DNA of 64,000 bases from assembly GCA_958009085.1 (NCBI GenBank), contig OY253673.1:1054001-1118000 (forward strand). Reading direction: 5' to 3'. This document shows, one piece after another, positions 13,301 to 26,000 of the stretch (position 1 is the stretch's first letter; each line of letters opens with the position of its first letter). The notes under the pieces were generated by a model that saw only the letters and a program-made list of their open reading frames with translations, was not told the origin of the DNA and did not search any database. The translations under genes were made by a program, and so were the position numbers. The stretch comes from Protoeuglena noctilucae (lineage: Eukaryota).

Positions 13301-16300
13301 CAACGCGCCATGCACGTCAAAACCAGCCTCTGTTAACTGCTTTCTCTGCGCCCGCTTCGTGCCCACGGCCCCCATCACCTCGCCCCTTCACCTCTCATCG
13401 CCACCCCACCCCCGCCCACCCGCAGGGCCCAGGTCGCGACCCTCCAGGCGTCGGACAAGGCCGCCGCGGACCCCGCCACGACCCCCGTGAGCGCCGCGTC
13501 GCTCCCGCGCACCCCCAACACGCCCGGGTCCCCCGACCCCTCCCCTGCACCCGGCGCTGCTGCCTCGGGCGAGGTGGGGCGCTTACGGGGCATCCTGGTG
13601 GAGTTACAGAAGCAGGAGATCCGGGCACGCAGCAAGTCGGCGAGGTTAGAGTCGGAGCTTAAGGAGGCGCAGGGCCGGGTGGCGAGGCTGGAGGCGGAGG
13701 TGGAGAGACTGGAAGCAGCAGCGGCGGCAGCGGCGGCGACCGACTGTACGGTGTTCGCCAGCACTGCGTCGCTGCCTGGGGAACCTGGGCACGGGCAGGC
13801 GAAGGGGAGGAGGTCCGCGAATCCCTTCTTAGCTGAAGAGGAGGAGGATGAGGAGGAGGGTGAGGGTGAGGGGCAGGGTGCAGAGGTGGAGGCGATGCGT
13901 GCTGAGGTGGAGCGGCTGCGTGGAGAGGCTGAGGACGCGCGGGGGAGGGCGGAGGCGGCGGAGGGGGCTCTGCAGGAAGCGGAGGAGGAGGCGGAGGGGC
14001 TGCGGAGGGAGCTGGAGGTGAGGGGGGCGGGGACACCGAGGGGTCTCGAGCGTGTGTGGATGCCTAGTGAGAGATACGCCAAACTGGGGGGCAAATGTCT
14101 GTCCAAATGTACATACATGGTACTGCAACTCCACCATGCGTGACTATGATGCATGCATTCATGACGGTCACCCCATGCCCTGTGTTGTGTGCAGAAGGTT
14201 CGTGCGGCGGCCACCAAGGCAGCCACGCCACCTCCCCGTTCCCAGGACCGCGCGGCCCAGCTCGTGGCGGAGCTGCAGAAGGCGAGGGGCGGCGTGGGAT
14301 GTAGTGGTGCTGAGTTTGACATGCACTGGCTTTGAGAGTGGCGGAGGGTGCCTGCGTATCACTTGGACAAGGGTGGTATAGTGGTGGATGCCAGTAGGGC
14401 AGCACATGCAAGTTGCTATTCTTGTCCTATCGAGTAGTGTGACATTGCTATTGTTTGTATCCATCACGCAGGTGCTGAAGGAGTTGGAGGAGGCGGCGCT
14501 GGAGACCGCGGGGTATCAGAAGCGGGTGCGGGAGCTGGAGGCCGAGGTGGCGGCGGGGAAGGGGAGGGGCGGGGAGGTGAGGGGCGGCTGTGTGGGGGAG
14601 TGGTGGGGGTGGCATGGTACGACCATGACTTAGCTACACTATGTGCCTGTGTAGCTCGACTACGCGAACGCGTCGGTTGCTTGTGATTGTCCAATACACA
14701 ATAGATTGTTTGCTTTTGTGCTACGATCGCGTTTGTGCTTTGTGCTATGACTGCAGGCGGAGTCTCTGCGTCGCCACGTGGCAGAAGTGGAGAGGGAGAA
14801 GCGAGAGCTGGAGGAGCGGCTGGCAGAGGCGGAGAGGGACAAGCAGGAGATGGAAGAGAGGCTGGGGGAGCTGGAGGACCGACTGGGGGAGGTGGAGAGG
14901 GAAGCAGAGGCTGCGGGGCACGAGGCGGCGCAGGTCAAAGCACGCGCGGAGGGGCTGGAGCAGAAACTGAGGGCGGCTCAAGAGGAGGCGGCGCGGGCGC
15001 AGTCGCTGCAGTCGCGCCTGACCGCGGCGGAGGCGGCGACGGCGGCGGCGGCGACGGCGACAACTGCGTTGGAGGGGCGGGTGCGGGCGGCGGAAGGAAG
15101 GGCTGCGGAGGCAGAGGCGGAGTGCGCGGCGCTGCGGGAGAGGGCGGAGGCCCTAGAGACTGAGAGGGAGGGTCTGGTGGTGAAGGCGGAGGCCCTGGGG
15201 GCCGAGTGCGAGCAAGCGGACGCCAAGGCGAGGGGCGGTGGAGGGGGGGGCGGTAGAGGGGCGGAAGGAGAGAAAGAGAGGGGGGTGGAGTTGCTGCACG
15301 CTGCCGAATTGGCCACATTCGGCATCGCTTGCGCTCTGTTAATGACTCGATTCAGTTTCCTCGTAAAATGGTTGCGCGCTGTGTTGGCGGGTGACGCAGG
15401 TCGGCGTGACCCACCACCCCCTTCCCTCCTGACCCTCCCCGCAGGTGGCGGAGCTGACCGCGGCGCTGTCTGCCGCCCAGCGCAAGGCGGGCGACGCCGA
15501 CGCGGCCGCGCAGCGCCTGACTGCGGCAGAGCGTCAGCGTGCAGCAGACCGCGAGGCGCTGGACAAGGCACAGAAGGAGCTGAGTCAGGCGCAGGAGCGG
15601 GCGGCGGAGGCGGAGGCGGCGCTGGAGAGGGCCAAAGAGGAGGCGGAGGGGGCGAGGGAGGAGGCAGGGTCAGCACTCGCAGCAGCGGCAGAGGCCCGGG
15701 CGGCCGCAAGCGCAGCCGAGCAGCGGGCGGCGGCGGCGGAGCGCGAGGTGGACCTCCTGCGCGCGGACGGCCGCGGGGCGAGCGCTGCGGCGCGGGAGGC
15801 GCGGGCTCAGCTGGAGGAGCTAGAGGCGGAGGCTGCGGGGCTGCGTGAGGCGTTGATGGACCGTGACGCGGCGCTGAGGGAGGCGCACGCAGCCGCGGAG
15901 GACGCGGACCGCGCGCGGGCGGAGGCGGAGCGTGAGCGCGACGCGCTGCGGCGACGGGTGGCGGAGTTGGAGGGCGGCACTCGCGGTGCGGAGGAGCGGG
16001 CGGGGGAGATTGAGAAAGAGAAAGCTGAGCTGGGGGAGAGGCTTGCGGAGGTGGAGAGGGAGAGGGGGCAGCTGGAGGAGAGAGTCGCGAAGGCAGAGGG
16101 CCGGCTGCGTGAGGTGGAGAGGGAGAGGGTGGAGATGGGAGAGAGGCTGGGGGAGGTGGAGCGAGAGAGGGTGGAGCTGGGAGAGAGGCTGGGGGAGATG
16201 GAGAGAGAGAGGGTGGAGATGGAGGAGAGGTTCGTGGAGGCGGAGGAGCGGCTGATGGAGGCGGAGAGGGAGGTGGAGCGCGCGCGGATGGGGGGGTCGC

Positions 16301-19300
16301 CCGCCAGCCGACGGTCACGGGAGACGACGGGTGAGGGGAGATGGTATGCGAGTTAAAGGAGCTAGATGAGCGTGCAGTTGTACCAATGCAAGGGATTCTC
16401 ATCACCAGTATCACACTGTTCCCTGCATCTCAGCCCTTCCTGATAACGACTGCCCGACAGCCACCCATGCCCTCCCCTCCCCCATCTCCCCCTCCAGGCC
16501 ACCCCCCCACCGACGTCATCGTCGCTGCGCTGGAGGCCGCCAACGCCGACCTGCAGCGCCGGGTGGACGTCCTGCAGCAGGCGAACGCTCACCTGGAAGC
16601 CCAGGCCCAGGAGCTGGTCGCTGAGCTGGACCGGAGCCCTCGGGAGGAGCGGGGCCGCGAGGGCGGGGCGGAGGGGTGGGAGGTGGAGAGGCGTGAGATG
16701 GAGGACCGGCTGGCGGAGGCGGAGGCGGTGGTGGCGCGGACGGGGCGGCGCGTGGCGGAGCTGGGCGCGGAGCAGGTGAGGGGTCGGGGTGCGGGTGGGG
16801 TGGGACAACACAGTGCAGCCCTGCACAACACAGCACAGCACAGCACAGCGCTGCTCTATCGTGCATTCCGCAAACTGCGGATCACCCTCCCAAGAGTGAC
16901 AAGACCACGACCGCACCTTGCTGGTACATCTATACTGTCAGCACCATCCTCTCTCATTCCCCCAGGAGCGCGCCGTGGCTGCGGAGGTGGCCCTGTCGCG
17001 TGCCAACCGCGACTCTGCGGCGGGGGGCGCCGGGGACGATGGCCAGCGGTCGCCCAGGGAGCTGGCGGCCGTGCGGAGATTCCAGGACGAGATCGCCATG
17101 GTGAGGGGGTGCAGTGGGGGTGCATGCAGCATGGCTGTGTGTGAAAGGTGTGGGATTGAGACCCTCACTGCTACTGTCACCGCCACCCCCACTGCCACCC
17201 TCAACACCACCCCCACCGCCACCCTCCCTGCCACCCTTGTCACCACCCCCACTGCTACCCCCACCCCCACCCCATCACCCCCCCAGCTGCGCGACGAGAT
17301 GCTCCGCATGCGCGAGGCCCACGAGGCGGAGCTGGAGGAGGCGCAGAGGCAGACGGAGGAGCTGGCCAGGGAGGCGGACGACGAGGTGGACCGACTCACG
17401 GCGCAGATACAGGTGAATGGGGGTGGGGTTGACATGGTATGGACATGTTGGTGAGGCAGACTTACGGCGTAGATACAGGTGAAATGGGGTGGCGTCGAGG
17501 GACGGGCACGGCGCTGCAGACTGAAAGGTGCACATCGTCGGTCCGGTTGTGCGGAGTGGACTGCCCGTGACTCCGCCTGTGTCTCTGCCCACTTGCTGAC
17601 AAAGCACGATCCTTGACGTGCCCTGATGTGCTGCTCCCCCCCCCCAGGACCTGGAGCAGCTGCACGACCGCGACTGCCAGGCACTGGCGGAGCGCCTGGT
17701 GGAGGCGGAGAAGCGGGCGGAGGAGGCGGAGGGGCGGCTGCGGGAGAGGGGGGGCCAGGGCCACGAGGGTGCCAACGGGGACGCGGGGGGCACCACGGAC
17801 CCCGTCAAGCTGGTCGCGCAGAGGGACAAGTGAGGAGAAGGATGCTGGTTGGCATGACTTGCGACTAAGAAAAGGTAGTACCCAGTTGCGGTGTGTTAGT
17901 GGGTTATGACACAACTTCTCCGTCTCACTGCCCTCCTCTGCTGCGTGACAAAACTCACACCAGCGTTACCGTATCAATTACATGCAATAAAATAATTCTG
18001 TCTATCTTTCACATATGTTCATACCCTCTCCCCCTTGCAGGCTCCAGCGCGAGGTCTTTGCCCTGCGTGACCAGGTGGCGGCGCTGATGGTGAAGGGCGG
18101 CCCCGACGCCAGGCAAAAGGCGGAGAGCCTCATGAAGCTGCAGGCGTACCAGGAAGTGCTGGCGCAGAAGAGCGACGAGGTGAGGGGGTGTGTGGGTGTG
18201 TGTGACGTGTGGGGGTGAGGAGGGTGGGCGTGGATGCAAATGAACCCCGCTTAATGGGCATTGTCTCTTCAACCCCTTTCCATGCCCTACCCTCTCCTCT
18301 TCCATCCACTGCCCATCAACACTCACCGCCCCACTCCACCCCCCACATGCGCATCCCATGTCACCGCCCCCCACCTCACCCCACCAGTAACCCCACCAGT
18401 CACCCCACCACTCACCCCCCACCCCCAGGCCGAGGAGTGGAAGCGCCAGCTCAACTTAACCCGGCAGCACCTGGAGACGACCCAGGGCACTTTGGACAAG
18501 GCAAGGGCCGAGGTGGAGGGGCTGAGGGCGGAGGTGGCGTCTCTGAAAGCAGAGCGGCTGCCCGTGGGGGAGGGGGAGGGGGCCAAGGGGAAGGGGGCCA
18601 TGACGCAGAGACAAGTGGAGAAGCAGCTGAGGCAGCTGGTGGCGGAGAACGAGGCAAGTGGGTGTGTGGGGTGATGGGTGGTGATCGTGATGGTGGCACT
18701 GGTGATGCAGCTGAGGCAGCTGGTGGCGGACAACGAGGCAAGTGGGGTGGGAGGGGGTGACGGGGTGATGGGGGTGGCAGAGGTACAAAGATGGCTGACG
18801 ATCAAAGCAGAGCTGCAGATAGGGTCGAGTGGTTCACTTGCCGTTACGTCAGCCTAACCCAAAACCCTGACCCACGACCACCCATGCCATCCTTGCCCCC
18901 TTCGCTCGTCTCATCCCCTCACCATGTCCCTCCCCCCCGCCTTGCCCCCCCAGACACTCGCCAAGCAGGTGGTAGATTTGAAGATGGCCCGTGCGGAGTT
19001 AGAGGGGGAGAAGGTGGAGCTGAGGCAGCAGCTGTCGCGCGCCAACTTCCGCCACGAGCAACTCAAGGGGAGGATCGCCAGGGTGGAGGCACTGCTGGCC
19101 GAGTACCAGGTGAGAGAGGAGGGGTGGGGTGGGGTTGATGGCTGTGTGGGGGGCTGTGTGGGAGGTGGCACTGCTGGCGGAGTACCAGGTGATGATGGGC
19201 GGTGTGGGTAGTATTAGGGGATTAATGGCAAGTGGTGGGCTGTGTGGGAGTGGAAGCATTGGTGATTAGCCAGCGTTCCCGACCTTAACGCCACTGTGCA

Positions 19301-19509
19301 TTCTTACAACGCAGGCGAAGAGTCCGGCGGCGGCTGGGGAGGGCGCGGAGGGCGGCGGTGCGGGGTCAGAGGCGGGGGCGGGGGTTGACGGGGAGGTGGG
19401 GGCGGATGGTGGGGAGGGGAACGGTGATGCGGAGCCTGAGCCGGCCGCTGCGGAGGCGGCCCCGGCATCGGCGAAGTCCACGGGGCGGACCAAGGGTGTC
19501 AAGGCATGA
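10372..19509 (+). CDS. NT-C2 (EEIG1/EHBP1-type C2) domain protein with very long coiled coil
   Basis: The first two exons encode WRFDCRVTSLQGIP..CRIVWARGKK..ATWNQQLSHMVTMY..FQSKEYEFKL..VGKGTLDLAQF (NT-C2). About 21 exons follow or are included, of E/R/A/L-rich heptads, with stop TGA at 19507-19509. Six introns are GC-AG. Confidence 0.88.
16036..16280 (+). repeat. Coding tandem repeat, 42-nt (14-aa) unit ERLGEVERERVEMG
   Basis: Units at about 16036, 16099, 16141, 16183 and 16225, e.g. GAGAGGCTGGGGGAGGTGGAGCGAGAGAGGGTGGAGCTGGGA. A related block lies at 14778-14901. Confidence 0.85.
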
Positions 19510-20049
19510 GGCGGCGACTGGCAAGGCGTGAGGGCTGAGCCCGCTGGAGCCGAGTTGGGAGTGAAGTTGGCTGACCGCGGGGGTGGCTGACGAGGCCAAT
19601 ATCCAAGCACTCACTGAATCCTTGCCGTGGGATCCGTTTCTCATGTGTCCCTGTTTGTGAATGCCACCCAACGCACACCCCTGTTGGCGCTGGCGGCAGC
19701 GTCACACATGCACCCTTGTTGCTGCTCGCTTGCTCGCTCGCTCGCTCGATGTGAAGTGAAACGAAGTAAGGTGCTTCAGAAGCGGTCGGACGAGGCGCGT
19801 GTGGCCTCTGTCTAGTCACTAAAAAGTCTCTGCGGGAGCCCCGCGATAGCGAAGGAGAAAAGGGCGGCTGGGCGAGCTACTAAGCCACGATCTGGGTCGC
19901 GCGCAGCCGGGCGTTAGGCGTCGCTAGTACTACATGACACGCGTGAATCACGTGGATCGCCCGCCGCCTAGGGAGCGGGGAAGACGGTGGAAAGCGGCAA
20001 GCACTGGGCTGCAGCTGTGGGACCCGCTGCGGCGCGGGAGACCGCGCCA

Positions 20050-23000
20050 TCACAGCACCTCGGCGATCCGGAAGGCGTCGAGTAGCTGCCGGACCTGCTC
20101 CGTGACGACCGCGTCGCTGGGGTCGCTGGACTCGGCCAGCGCGCGCAGCACGCCCGTGAGCCGCGCGTCGACGACGAAGCGGGCCTTGTCGCCGCCGGGA
20201 GCCATTTCGTAAAGCGCCTCGACGACCTTGACGATCACGCGCCACACCGGCGCGGTGGTCTTGCCGGCGAAGCGCGGGGAGAAGTACCCACACAGATGCC
20301 CGATGATCTCGCCCAGCCTCCGCGTCGTGAGCTTCTCCGCCACGCGCTTGCACCGCAGCAGGAGCTTCTCGAGCGGCTCGAGCACCTCGACCAGCCTACG
20401 CACGTCCAGCGAGCCGTCCCGGAGGACGTATCGGTCGGGGTCCATGAGGGCCACGATCTCCGCGTCCCGCTGCTCCAGCTTGGGCTCCACCACGCCCGCC
20501 TTGTCGCTGCAGAGTCGATAGACAACGCGGGTGAGCGGGCCGCTGCGATGGCGGGTAGGGCGAGGGCAAGGCTATGCGCCCAACCCAGCGTGTCTTCACT
20601 TCCGCTCCACTCACCCCAGCCAAATGAGCAGCACTTTGAAGACCTCCCTCTCCCACTCGCGCTCCCCCATGGCCGACAGCAGCACCTCCAGCTCCCTCCC
20701 CGACACCCCCCCCGCCCCGTCACGAATGCGGTTCTTGGTCTCTGGGGTCCCGGTCATCATCGAACACAGCAACAGCATGGCTGCGGGTGGGAGAGAGAAA
20801 GCAGGAGAATTGAGATATGCTTAGTCATCATCGAACACAGGAGAAGCATGGCTGAGGGTGGCAGTGGGAGAGAGCAGAAGCATGTGTGTCTATGGTTGGG
20901 GAGAACTTGGGTTGGGTAGAAGGCAGAAGCACGTGCATTCATGGTTGTACCATGTGTGGAGCTAAATTCGCAAGCATCTCACTCTCCGCGTGCTGTGTTC
21001 AGGTTACGAGCATCCATGCCACGTATCTCACCCATGTCGGCTGCCCTGGACACCTTGGCCTTGGCCGTCAGGTGGGGCACGCCCTGCGCGTCCCGTTGGT
21101 AGTGGTCGGGGGAGAGGCGGTCGAAGGGATCGGAAGACAGCTCGGCACGGTGGCGGTGAACTGCGGGGGAGAGGGGGGCGACATGAGATGTCTTAATCCG
21201 TCTTGCTTGTTCCGTCGTCAATGACAGAAGACGTGATGAGATGGCAGCTGCATACGTGGCCGCTGTGTCTGTGGCACTGTTATAACAAAAGCACCCGACA
21301 ACACAAGCACCCGCCCCTCACCTGCCAGCTCCACCAGGATGACGGAGAGGGACATGCTGGCCGCTGTCTGCTGGTGGTGGGGGTAGCCCTGAGGAGAGAG
21401 ACGGGCGGTGAGGGGTGGAGATAAGTGCGATGGCTACCCCTCCCTCACCACAACCCACTCGCACCCTCTCACATCCGCATTCACAACCCCACTCGCACCC
21501 CACTACACTCACACCCCCCTCGCACCCCCACTCACATCCCCCTCACAACCCCCCACACCCCCACCCCACTCGCCTTGGCCATGTAATACACGGCGCTCAT
21601 GGCCTCATACACCAGATCCACGTTCACGTCCGCCTCCCCCGCCCCCACCAGCGGCCCCTGCTTGCCGATGGCCGTCACCGCCCCGCTCAGCAGAGCCACG
21701 GCACTCGACAGCGCCGTCGTTGCCCCCAGCAGCTCCCCCACTCGCTGCCGCGCCCCCAGGTCACCCCCGGCCTCAGCTGTGGCGGCGTGGGCGCCGTGAG
21801 ACGCCACCACCCGCAACGCTTGTACGATCCTGAGCCTCGTGGTCTCATCCAGAGCCGCCAGGGACTTCGTGGAGAGCAGGGGCTGCACGGTGGCCTCTTG
21901 GCAGAAGTGCAGCTTGACCGCATAGTCCGCGTGAGCCATCACCAGCAACACGCGCAGTGCGGACGAGCATACTTGGTCCAGCTTGCTGCGTGCGGCCGCC
22001 TGGGCCTCCGACAGGGCGCGTGCGGGGCCCAGAGCCGCGACGGACGCCCCCACGAACTCCAGGGCAGCGGCCAGGCTCGGGACGACGCCGGCGGAGGCCA
22101 GGCGGCGGCAGACGTCGTTGGTGCTGGGGGGGGAGTTAAGAAGAGATGGGATGAGATGGGGTGGGGTGAGAAGATATGGGGAGAAGGGGGCGGGAGAGGT
22201 AAACGTCGTTGGTGCTGGGGGGGGTGGGGGGGTAGGGGATTAGATGGGTGATGAGAGAGATGTGAGAGAAGGGGGCAGGCGGCGGCAGACGTCGTTGGTA
22301 CTGAGGGGGGTGGGGGGGAGATGCGATGAGATGTGGTTAGATGGAATGAAACTCTGCACTTCTTCTCCTACATTCACGGCCACATCCACACATGATACCC
22401 TGTCCGCCCCCACTCCAACCACCACTCCACCCACCACCCCTCGTCACCCCAACCCACCAGTCACCCCCTCACCTTCCAGGCGCGGGGTCCTCCAGGAGCT
22501 TCCACGCGGCCTCGAGAGCATCGGAGAGATAGTTGCGGAGATTAAAAGCGAGACGGTCCGTGTCGCCCACACGCAACGGCAGCTTAAGCAACAACCTGCC
22601 GATGCCAGCCGCGCCCCCGCCGATGACGATCAGGGAGCGGCACCCGGGGACATCCATGGCGCGGAGGAGGAAGCTCAGGGTCATGCGGCGGGCCTTGAGG
22701 CTGCGGGGGGGGGGAGGGTGGGTGTTGGTGTGGGCGGGGGTGGGGGTGTAGTTGTGTGTGGGCGTAACTTCGGCAATGCCGGCAGCGTGTGGCACAAAAG
22801 CAATACCATCAAGCTAGATATCGCATCGCATCCACCCCTGCCATACACAGCAACCGCCACACCACCCCAATCGTGCAGTGCCCTGGCCCTCGCCCTCACC
22901 TGAACTCCGGCCCGCAGAGCCTCACGAGCGCAGGCACGGCACCGTGGGAGCAGAGGTAGTGGCAGAAAGCAGCCGAGTCTTCCCCTATTGACTTCACCAG

Positions 23001-26000
23001 AGTGGCGATCGCGTCGGCTGTGTCGGGAGTGGCGTTCTCCAGCAAGTCCCCGGCCAGGGCACCACCCTGGAAGAACTCCAGAAACATGTCAGACGCGGCG
23101 CCGTCCTCGACTGGGGGGGTGAGTGGGTGAGTGGGTGGGTGAGGGGGTGGGTGAGGGTGAGTGGGTGAGGGGGTGGGTAAGTGGGTGAGTGGGGGAGTGG
23201 GTGGGTGAGGGGGTGAGCGTGTGGGTGAGTGGGCGGAGTAAGTGAGGGACAGGTGGAGCCGCAAACAGGTGGGGACGCGAAATGCACTGCGCAAGGCATG
23301 GCCCAGCATGTCATGCTCTGCTCCGCCATGCTCACCGCTGCGCACGAATGCGTACAGCTCCCCGCATGCCTTGTTGATCTCCGCGGCGCGCTCGGCTCCG
23401 TCGCCGCCCGGCAGCAGCGCCGACCCACGCAGGGGCAGCGGGGACAGGGCACGCTGCGGGCGAGGCACATGAACAGATGAGGACGTGTCACAGCTGATGG
23501 GGGCGGTGGAGGCCGTGACACCAATCAATCACACATCATCATCATTGATTCGTGGAACCAATCACCCCACCACACCCAACCCCCCATTCCCGCCCCCTCA
23601 CCTCCATGGCCTCCGCGGCCCTCCCCACCCGCACATGCAGGTCCTTCAGAGCCGTGCGGTCCTCGAGCGCCGCCCCCTCTTCAAACGACAGCCACCGACT
23701 CAACTCACTCCCCTGCTTCCACGCAGGCCCAGGCACACCGCCGGTCGGGGACACACTAACCGCATACATCCGACCCAGCACGGCGTCCATGCCCAGCCCC
23801 TCCCCGCCCGCAGCCGCAGCCGCAGCCGCGGCGGACGGCGACAGGGCCGACGCTGCGCTGCTGTCGGAACGATACAGCGAAATGTGCTGCAGCGGGGGTC
23901 TGCCGTCCGGGCGCGGCAGGGTCTGGCCAAGGATGGCGTCCCCCGGCTCAGCAAAGACGTCCTCGCAGTGAGCGGTCGCGTGGAGCAGCCACTTGCTCAG
24001 CTGCGGGGGAGAGGGGGGCAGGGGGCGGCGCTTGTGATGAGCCAAGCTGCGGCTGGTGAGCCCCCACCACTCTCCCTAGTACTATCACTCTCCCTCCGTA
24101 CAACTCTCCACAGTCACCCCTCACCCCTCCCCCTCATCCCTCTCCCTCACCACTCCCCACAGTCACCCCTCACCCCTCCCTGCTCACCACTCTTCCCAAT
24201 CACCCCTCCCTGCTCACCACTCTCCCCAGTCACCCCTCACCCCTCTCCCCCACCACCCCCCCACTCCCTCACCTCCATGTCCCGGAATGGGTTCGCCGGC
24301 GCAGGCGTGCCCCCACCCGCCCCCGCCCCCAGCACCCCACTCGAGTCAATCGTGCTGAGGGGAGCCGTGGACGCCATACCCCAAGGTCCCGACGTGGTGG
24401 TCATCCCCACGTCCCTAGACGGCCCCCGCTTGTGCAGGCGCTTGCTGGCAGCCTTGCCAAGCACCGCCCCGTTGCCCGCGCGAAGGCTGTCACCCAGACC
24501 AGGTGACCGCACCCCCTCTGCCCCACCCCCCAGAGTCCCTCCGTGCCCCGCCGCCGCCTCTGCCTCCATCGCGCGTGACCTCGCCTCTTCCAGTGCCCCC
24601 ATTCCCCTGAGCAACGCGTTTTCCATGGCCTGCGCCTCGGCCGGGCGCCACTGGTGCGACTGCGGGCGGGGACGGGCATGGTCGTGTTTGGGACTAAGGA
24701 ACAGTGAGTGGGGCACTGGCACTGGTTGTGGGCAGTAAGAGAGTGACAGGCAATTTGGCCCGGTCATGGCGCATGGTCTCTTTGTAACAGCTTGTGGAAC
24801 TGTGGTGCGATTGGCAACTGGCAAACGCGATTGGCACCCTAAGCACAGCCGGCATGGCGGCCTCACCTTTGCCAATGCCAGCGACCCCCCCCTGGCGCCG
24901 GACAGGTGCAGCACGAACCACGGGTGAAGCATCATCTCCCTGCAAGCGACGACGAAGCACGAAGCACGTCGCAGCGAGGCAAGGCTCAGGGAGCAGCGCA
25001 GCGACATCCTCAGCTTATCGGACCAACAAATAACCACGCTCAGCCACCCCACCACGCCCACTATGCACCTCTGCCCACCCCCACTCTTTTGGTCATCCCT
25101 CCCCAACCCCCACTTACCGCCACCCCAACAACACCCCACCACGGCACCACCAACCCCCATGCCCTCGACTACCCCCCCACTCACGTGGCGCTCGACCTCC
25201 TCGGCACATCCTTCTCCCAGCAGCACAGCAGCAGGTCCTCCAATTCCACCGACAGCCCCGCGTCCCTCGGCAGAGGGGGGTGCGCATCATTGGCGATGCG
25301 CCAGATGGCCGCCTCCGGTTTCAAGTCCTTGTAGGGCGGCTTGCCCGTCACCAGCTCGTGCACCAGGCACCCCACGGACCATATGTCGCTGCTCGTGCTG
25401 GCCAGCTGACCGTTCGTCTGCGAACAGCGAGGGGCGGCACATGTGGGGTGCGTGATGGGGGTGCACGTGGGTGCCTGGCGGGACGTAGAGTGATGCTCGC
25501 AAGACTGCTTAGCACTGAGCGTTGACAAGAACGCTGCCTTTGCACAACAGGGGTGCAAATAGAGACCCACCCGTGCAATCGTACATGACATCTACCACCA
25601 CTGCACCATGTGCCTCGCCTGTATGACCTCCGGGGCGATCCACCACGCCGTGCCGGCCGCACGCCCCGCCTGCCCCGCCCCCCTCCCCCCCAGGGTGTCC
25701 CCCTGGTCCACCGCCACGCCGAAGTCCGCCAGTTTGACCTCCCCCGCGCTGTTGAAGAGGATGTTGGCGCCCTTGATGTCCCGGTGCGTGACGCCCTGGG
25801 AGTGGAGGTACGCCAGGCCCTCCAGGATCTGAGGGGAAGGGAGTGGGTTGAGTAGTGATGGAGTATGTGTATGTATGAACTGACAGTGACCGGTGGATGG
25901 GTGAGGAGGTACGCCAGGCCCTCCAGGATCTGAGGGGAACAGGAGAGGGTCAGCTGAGGGGCAAATGAAAAGAGAAGGGGTGACGAGGGTCAGTCGAGGG

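Noticed and set aside
14978..16414. 478-aa Pro-rich ORF on the - strand
   Set aside because: Antisense shadow of the GAG/GCG-rich coiled-coil exons. Stops are rare at this GC content and no domain is recognisable.
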